From Guillardia theta CCMP2712 (Eukaryota; Protista; Cryptophyta): DNA of 64,000 bases. Positions 58,273 through 64,000 of the stretch are shown here, in pieces (the first letter of the stretch is position 1; each line of letters opens with the position of its first letter). The DNA is taken from NCBI RefSeq assembly GCF_000315625.1, contig NW_005434640.1, forward strand, positions 21,439 to 85,438, in the 5' to 3' direction. The position numbers and the translations under genes are program-made. The notes beneath the pieces were generated by a model, which searched no databases, was not told where the DNA came from, and was given only the letters and a program-made list of their open reading frames with translations.

Positions 58273-59725
58273 ATGGCGTTCGGGAAGGTACCCGGGTGGG
58301 CGATATGGCCGATGCTTCTCCTGCTGCCTGATGCAGGTATATGAGGACAGAGATCGATGCTCCACCCCGTCCTAGACGTTCTCTTGACTGACTGAGGCTT
58401 TTTGCTCGAGGAAGGCTCCGGATTTCTCGTGGGTCAGAGCCTGACTTGTCCGTTTGCGCCGGGGGCGACGAGGGTGAGTCTCGTTCTTGATCATGAGCAT
58501 AGGACGGCTTCTTGCCTCCTTGAATAGATATTGGGGCTCTTGAGCATGGGAACAGATATCCTGTCACTTGCACAAGGAATACAAGCAAACTTTTGCTAGG
58601 AGGCAACTCAGGCAGCTCACGGAGGAATCGATCCTGAAGATAGCCTCGGGGTTCATGGCCATTGGTGCGTGCAATGAGGCTCATGCTGCATACTGATGTC
58701 TGATATCTCATCAGGTTCCTTTGCCCCTGCTTCGAGTGGGGAGGAAACAAGTGCCGTGCCTTTCGGACTTTCTTGGCCCTGAAACCTGCTTTCAGGCTCG
58801 AATGGGAACTTGAGGAGAGGAGAAGTCGCAGGGGACTTGAGAACCAATCCTCTTGTGAATGGCATCATGGAAGACTTCGACCGAAGGTTGGCTCCCTCTC
58901 ACAGACATGTCTAATCTTTCCCCACTCCCGTCTCCTCCTCCTCTGACTGTCCTCTCAGGTACGGAGCAAACTCACAGTACACAAAGCTCGTAGCGCCGCC
59001 GAAAGTGCGCGGGCTGTCCAAGGCAGCGCTGGCTCGCATCATCGAGCGAGATCTCTCTGAGAGGTGATATGAAGAAGACATGGTTTCAGCGTGGAGCTCA
59101 GACGTGCCTGCTCGCAGTCAGTACTATGTGACTGGGAACCTCACTCGATCCATCTACCGGGACGACTGCCGATTCAAAGATCCGACCACCGACGTGCGAG
59201 GGCTGAAGCGATACATCCTCGCCGTCCAGAACCTCTTCGGTGTGTTGAAGCTCATGCTGCCAGGAAGCCTCGTCTGACGCTGAGCAGATCCAAAGGACTC
59301 TAAAGTAACGCTCTACTCAGTCACTCCCATTGAGGACAACAAGATTCTCGCGAAATGGAGCCTCCAGGTCTGACAACATCTCTAGACTTTCTTGCCGTTC
59401 TCTGATATCGATCTTCTTCCACTTGCCTTCTCTACGATCCCTTGTTCCTTCCTTCCTCTGCTCATCTCCCCGACTTCCAGGGCTCCTTGAAATTGCCGTG
59501 GAAGCCCTACATCGAGCCATATGACGGAACTACGACATATTGGATTGATAATGAAGGACTTATCGAGTTTCACGACGAAACATGGTTGGTCAGGGTCGAT
59601 TCATGAATCCTTCCTCTCGCCGGCAATGCAGAGTTCTGACCCGTTGGTTTTTTTGCAGGAGCATCACTGCAACAGAAGCCTTTCTGGAGGTCTTCGGAGC
59701 TGGTACCAGGAAGCGGAAAGTGTAA
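58273..59725 (+). CDS. DUF2358 / NTF2-like (SnoaL-like) protein, probably organelle-targeted, multi-exon
   Basis: QYYVTGNLTRSIYRDDCRFKDPTTDVRGL, AKWSLQGSLKLPWKPYIEPYDGTTTY, HDETWSITATEAFL; hydrophobic N-terminus. Confidence 0.8.
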
Positions 59726-59744
59726 CAAACAAAGATTCTATTGG

Positions 59745-60847
59745 TCACTGCTTCTTGGGGCTCAGCCCTGGTCCGTATCCGAACCGTTCCAACACTTTTG
59801 CCACCCTCATACCCAGGCGATACAACGGACTCGGCTTCCACTGCTGCCCCTCCTGGAAGGGGAGGGGCTTCTTGATAGCATGCATCAGTCCGAACACTGC
59901 TCCGAGCCCGCCGGTGTTTCCTATCTGCCTGTTGTCGGAGCTCGTCAGGGCACCTGGTAGGACACAAGCAGCATGCATGTGGACCTGTCGCAAGGGTAGC
60001 CGACTGTGAGCTGGTAGCACTGTCCCTGCTCGTTGAAGAGCATGGACTGAGCCTGGACCGGCCACTGCACCTTGACACCAGTCGGGGGGATGACAGAGGG
60101 AGGGGGAAACATGAGCGGCCCGGTATGGGTCCCCGATGGGCGGGACCACCACCAGACCCTGTTGGGCTCGAGAGGGTCGACGTTGAAACCCCTGTCAGGA
60201 CAGGAATGAGCGGCAGGGACGCAGAGTCATGGTAGAGGGAAGGCGGAGAGGGAGAGGATGCAGAGTCATAGCAGAGGGAGGGGTGAGAAAGCGGGGGTTG
60301 TGACCAGTAGTTCTCCTTTAGGTCGGGAAGAGCCTGCTCGAGCGAGAACGAGCCAAAAGTTCGGATGAACTCTTCCTTTCCCAGCGGCCCTACATAGGGT
60401 GCGACGAACCTGCATGGATGAATCATGTCAGACGAGGGAGAGGGGGCAACTGTGAATGAACGACCTGAAATCCTCTGCGATCAGATCGGGGTTCTTGACT
60501 CCGAAACTGCTTTCGAGGACAGCTTTGGTTCTCTCAATCAATTCTTCTGCCTTGATGGGATAGGTTGACGACTTCAGACTTTCATCTACATCAATCTCTC
60601 CTTGCTTCCCCGCGAACGTTCTCGAGTTCTTGTACACAGGCTGGTCGATCCGAAACCTCTGTGCATGCGGAACAAAGTCGAAATAATCAGTGGAGGGCCG
60701 TCCGAAGAGCAAGCGAGCGATTCTCTCGATGGAGAAGATGAGGAAGGAAGAAAACGCTTGGATGGAGACAACCAGGACGTCGCTGGTGATGTGTCCGAGG
60801 ATGCTATACCAGCCCACTAGCCCTTCTCCCCTTGGCGCTAGTGCCAT
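59745..60847 (-). CDS. Conserved algal NTF2/SnoaL-like protein, multi-exon
   Basis: LIAEDFRFVAPYVGPLGKEEF, GFNVDPLEPNRVWW..PIGTHTGP, TVGYPCDRQIGNTGGLGAVFG, PLPFQEGQQW. Confidence 0.75.
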
Positions 60848-61211
60848 TGCAAGCGCCTTTATGAGTAAGATCGGACCGGTGGTGCAGAGCTTTAGTGGGT
60901 GAGGTACGGGTACCACTATCCATTGGATGTACGGGGGTGGTTGTGAATTCTGAAGATTAGACAGTAGGTAGGGTAGTAAAACTGGCATGACCAGTGGGTA
61001 CTTTGTGCTCGTGGTTTGACAGGAGATGAAAGAGAAAAGTAGGGTGAACAAAATCAGTGGTGGGGTACTTCTAGTTAAGGAGAGGTGGGGGTATGTTTGT
61101 AATGGGATGAGGCTGGGGTGGGGGTAGGGCAGGGATTTTTGCATGTTTGCATCTTTACTCCTCTCATGGCTGTAGCGGACGGGAAACGTTGAGCCATGGG
61201 GAATGTAGAGG

Positions 61212-61271
<60 letters not shown>

Positions 61272-61574
61272 GAGGAGCGAGGAGCGAGGAGCGAGGAGCA
61301 GAAGGAGCAGGAGCAGGAGCAGGGAGCAGGAGCAGGAGCAGGAGGAGCAGGAGGAGCAGGAGCAGGAGGAACACGCTATGTCTTTGCTCTTGTGTCTTGA
61401 AATTCACGAGCAAGGTGAAAAAGACGAGAATTTTGCATGACCACTCTACTAGATGAATATTATGTACGAGAGGTCCCTGTTGCGGTTGCCGCTCCTTTGG
61501 ATCTTCCTGCCACAGGACGAAAGTTTTTCGTCGAGCACTGACATGGTACCTCAGGAAGGAAGGAGAAAAGAGAG

Positions 61575-62992
61575 ATGGTGGTCTGGGGAGTGTACCTTCG
61601 TAGCCTCTCCACTCGCCCTCTGCTCACTAAGTCTCTCTCAAGCGGCTTGCTCTTCGGGGTAGGAGACGTGATCGCTCAGTCTATCAGCCATGACAAGGTG
61701 GACGGGGGCCGCGCATGCTGGTTGTCCATGTTTGGCTGTGCTATCTACGGCCCAAGCAACCATGCATGGTTCGCACTGCAGGAGAAGTACGTCAACGTAG
61801 GAGGAGGGAGGAAGGTACTCCAGGCCGTCGCTCGGGTGGGGGTGCATAGTGTGGTGTNNNNNNNNNNNNNNNNNNNNNNNNNNNNNNNNNNNNNNNNNNN
61901 NNNNNNNNNNNNNNNNNNNNNNNNNNNNNNNNNNNNNNNNNNNNNNNNNNNNNNNNNNNNNNNNNNNNNNNNNNNNNNNNNNNNNNNNNNNNNNNNNNNN
62001 NNNNNNNNNNNNNNNNNNNNNNNNNNNNNNNNNNNNNNNNNNNNNNNNNNNNNNNNNNNNNNNNNNNNNNNNNNNNNNNNNNNNNNNNNNNNNNNNNNNN
62101 NNNNNNNNNNNNNNNNNNNNNNNNNNNNNNNNNNNNNNNNNNNNNNNNNNNNNNNNNNNNNNNNNNNNNNNNNNNNNNNNNNNNNNNNNNNNNNNNNNNN
62201 NNNNNNNNNNNNNNNNNNNNNNNNNNNNNNNNNNNNNNNNNNNNNNNNNNNNNNNNNNNNNNNNNNNNNNNNNNNNNNNNNNNNNNNNNNNNNNNNNNNN
62301 NNNNNNNNNNNNNNNNNNNNNNNNNNNNNNNNNNNNNNNNNNNNNNNNNNNNNNNNNNNNNNNNNNNNNNNNNNNNNNNNNNNNNNNNNNNNNNNNNNNN
62401 NNNNNNNNNNNNNNNNNNNNNNNNNNNNNNNNNNNNNNNNNNNNNNNNNNNNNNNNNNNNNNNNNNNNNNNNNNNNNNNNNNNNNNNNNNNNNNNNNNNN
62501 NNNNNNNNNNNNNNNNNNNNNNNNNNNNNNNNNNNNNNNNNNNNNNNNNNNNNNNNNNNNNNNNNNNNNNNNNNNNNNNNNNNNNNNNNNNNNNNNNNNN
62601 NNNNNNNNNNNNNNNNNNNNNNNNNNNNNNNNNNNNNNNNNNNNNNNNNNNNNNNNNNNNNNNNNNNNNNNNNNNNNNNNNNNNNNNNGGGATTCCCCTC
62701 CCTTTCCTTCCCTTCCCCTCCCCTCCCCTCCCTTCCCTTCCCTCCCCTCCCCTCCCTTCCCTTCCCTTCCCTACCCTTCCCTTGTCTCTCATGTTGTATC
62801 CTTCCTTGTCTCTCATGTTGTATCCTCCCTTGTCTCTCATGTTGTATTCTTCCTTGTCTCTCATGTTGTACAGTGCTCGGCATCTACATGTATGTCCCTC
62901 TGCAACACAGGGTGATGATCACATCAGTCGGCAACCTGGGATGGTCGACATACCTGAGCATGAAGTCAAGATTTCAAGTTGTGCAATCGTAA
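61575..62992 (+). CDS. Mpv17/PMP22 family membrane protein (middle lost in the assembly gap)
   Basis: YLRSLSTRPLLTKSLSSGLLFGVGDVIAQ, YGPSNHAWF; after the gap, YVPLQHRVMITSVGNLGWSTYLS. Confidence 0.88.
61858..62688. other. Assembly gap (N run)
   Basis: 831 Ns, flanked on the right by a (CCCTT/CCCCT)n tract. Confidence 1.
62779..62873. repeat. 24-bp tandem repeat x4 ending at a splice acceptor
   Basis: ccttgtctctcatgttgtatcctt units; the last ends in gtacag. Confidence 0.9.
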
Positions 62993-63200
62993 CCGATCGA
63001 GCGTGTGGTGGTGTCTGTTGTATATATTGTTTGATTGCGTCTTTGTTCTCCAAGTGAAAGAGAATGTTTAGTTTTGTTTGTCTGTGGGGGACTGGTTTTG
63101 TAAAGGACAAAGGTAAAGAGAAAGTTTTCATTCTGAAGAGCGTTGGGAACGTTTCATCCTTGTTTTGGTCTTTACTCTGTTGATTCCTCTCATTCACCTT

Positions 63201-64000
63201 TCATCTCAGCAACATTATTCTCTTATAATCATTCGGCTTCGTCTTTGTCGTGCCTGCTCTTGTGTATCCTCGTTGAGCTCGCATGCCCTCATGGCTGCCA
63301 GGCAAGCCTTGGGAAGGAGGAAGAGCTGTTCGCGCCCAGTTCAGTACATGAAGACAGTTGGGAGCATGTTGTAGGACAAGGCGAGGAGGAAGCAGACGAG
63401 AACGAAGAGGAGGGAGAAGGATCAGGGCATTCCAGAGCAGAGACAATACAGGAGGCGAGAGAACGAGAAGGATTTCAGAGAGTAGCAGGGACAGATGCGA
63501 GTCGGGCTGACGGGAGCGAGAAAAAAGAGGAGGGATGAGTAGGAAGCGAAGAGGATTGAAATTCACCTGCTGGACTTGTTGGGAAGGATCGTTCCGTTGA
63601 GCAGCTCTCGAGAGCTTTCCCAGGCGATACCTGAAGGATGTGCAGAGTGAGAAGAAGATGAGAAGACAGAAGAAGGAAGACGCAGGAGGAAGAGGAGGAG
63701 ACAAAGGAAAGGGAGAGGAGGAGGAGGAGAGAGCGAAGCAAGAGAACAAGGGAGAGGAAGGAGAGGAGAGAGAAGGGGGGAGAGGAAGAGGAGGGTGAAG
63801 ACGGACCGTTGGTGGACTCTTCCGGGAACTTCAACTTTGACTTGAATCTCTTCGTCCTAAGGAGACGTCAAGGTAAAACAATATGTGGATGCGAGAAAGA
63901 AGAAGAGCAGGAGCAGGGGCAGGGGCAGGAGCAGGAGCAGGAGGGAAAAGTTTCAATCATCATCTTCTTGGTCGTCGCTCTCATCCGATACAAACTCATC
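63201..64000 (-). CDS. 3' exons of a gene that begins beyond the window
   Basis: Short minus-strand exon-like blocks (DEFVSDESDDQED; RTKRFKSKLKFPEE; VSPGKALESC) with splice signals and CT-rich introns. Confidence 0.35.

Noticed and set aside
61638-63057. Long ORFs spanning 61.6-63 kb
   Set aside because: Artefacts of translating through the N gap.
1-64000. tRNA, rRNA, telomeric arrays, intact retroelements
   Set aside because: None recognised by eye; tRNAscan-SE, Infernal and repeat-library searches would be needed to exclude small RNAs.

Overview
Gene-dense eukaryotic nuclear DNA with short GT-AG introns, many of them swollen by microsatellites. It most resembles a cryptophyte alga such as Guillardia theta (inference from the RWP-RK gene, the signal peptide + Phe plastid presequence, an LRGG motif after a signal peptide, and intron style). 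Recognisable genes: two inverted copies of an MDR/quinone-oxidoreductase-like gene, a Kv-type K+ channel, SAS-6, an RWP-RK factor, a PH-domain protein, a SMYD-like SET protein, NOC3, a NIPA-type Mg2+ transporter, a multi-EF-hand protein, a PAS-PAS-HAD phosphatase, DUF2358 and SnoaL-like proteins, and Mpv17/PMP22 (interrupted by an N gap). The most notable structure lies between genes. (1) About a dozen GC/CpG-rich, palindrome-dense islands share a CCGG/GTAC/GAGTC/AACTT vocabulary and sit at gene boundaries and at the junctions of both inverted gene duplications and of a foreign insert. (2) A near-perfect 0.92 kb head-to-head palindrome carries a 126-aa orphan gene. (3) A 1.15 kb AT-rich, virus-like fragment carries an iteron-like GGCGAAGGG array. 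(4) A long decayed ORF lies between the oxidoreductase copies. Three proteins have unusual architecture: a Kv channel with a CVGFGD filter and an 8-Cys turret, a NIPA transporter with a Cys-rich ectodomain, and Cys-less LOV-like PAS domains fused to an FCP/SCP-type phosphatase. Exon boundaries were read by eye and are approximate.
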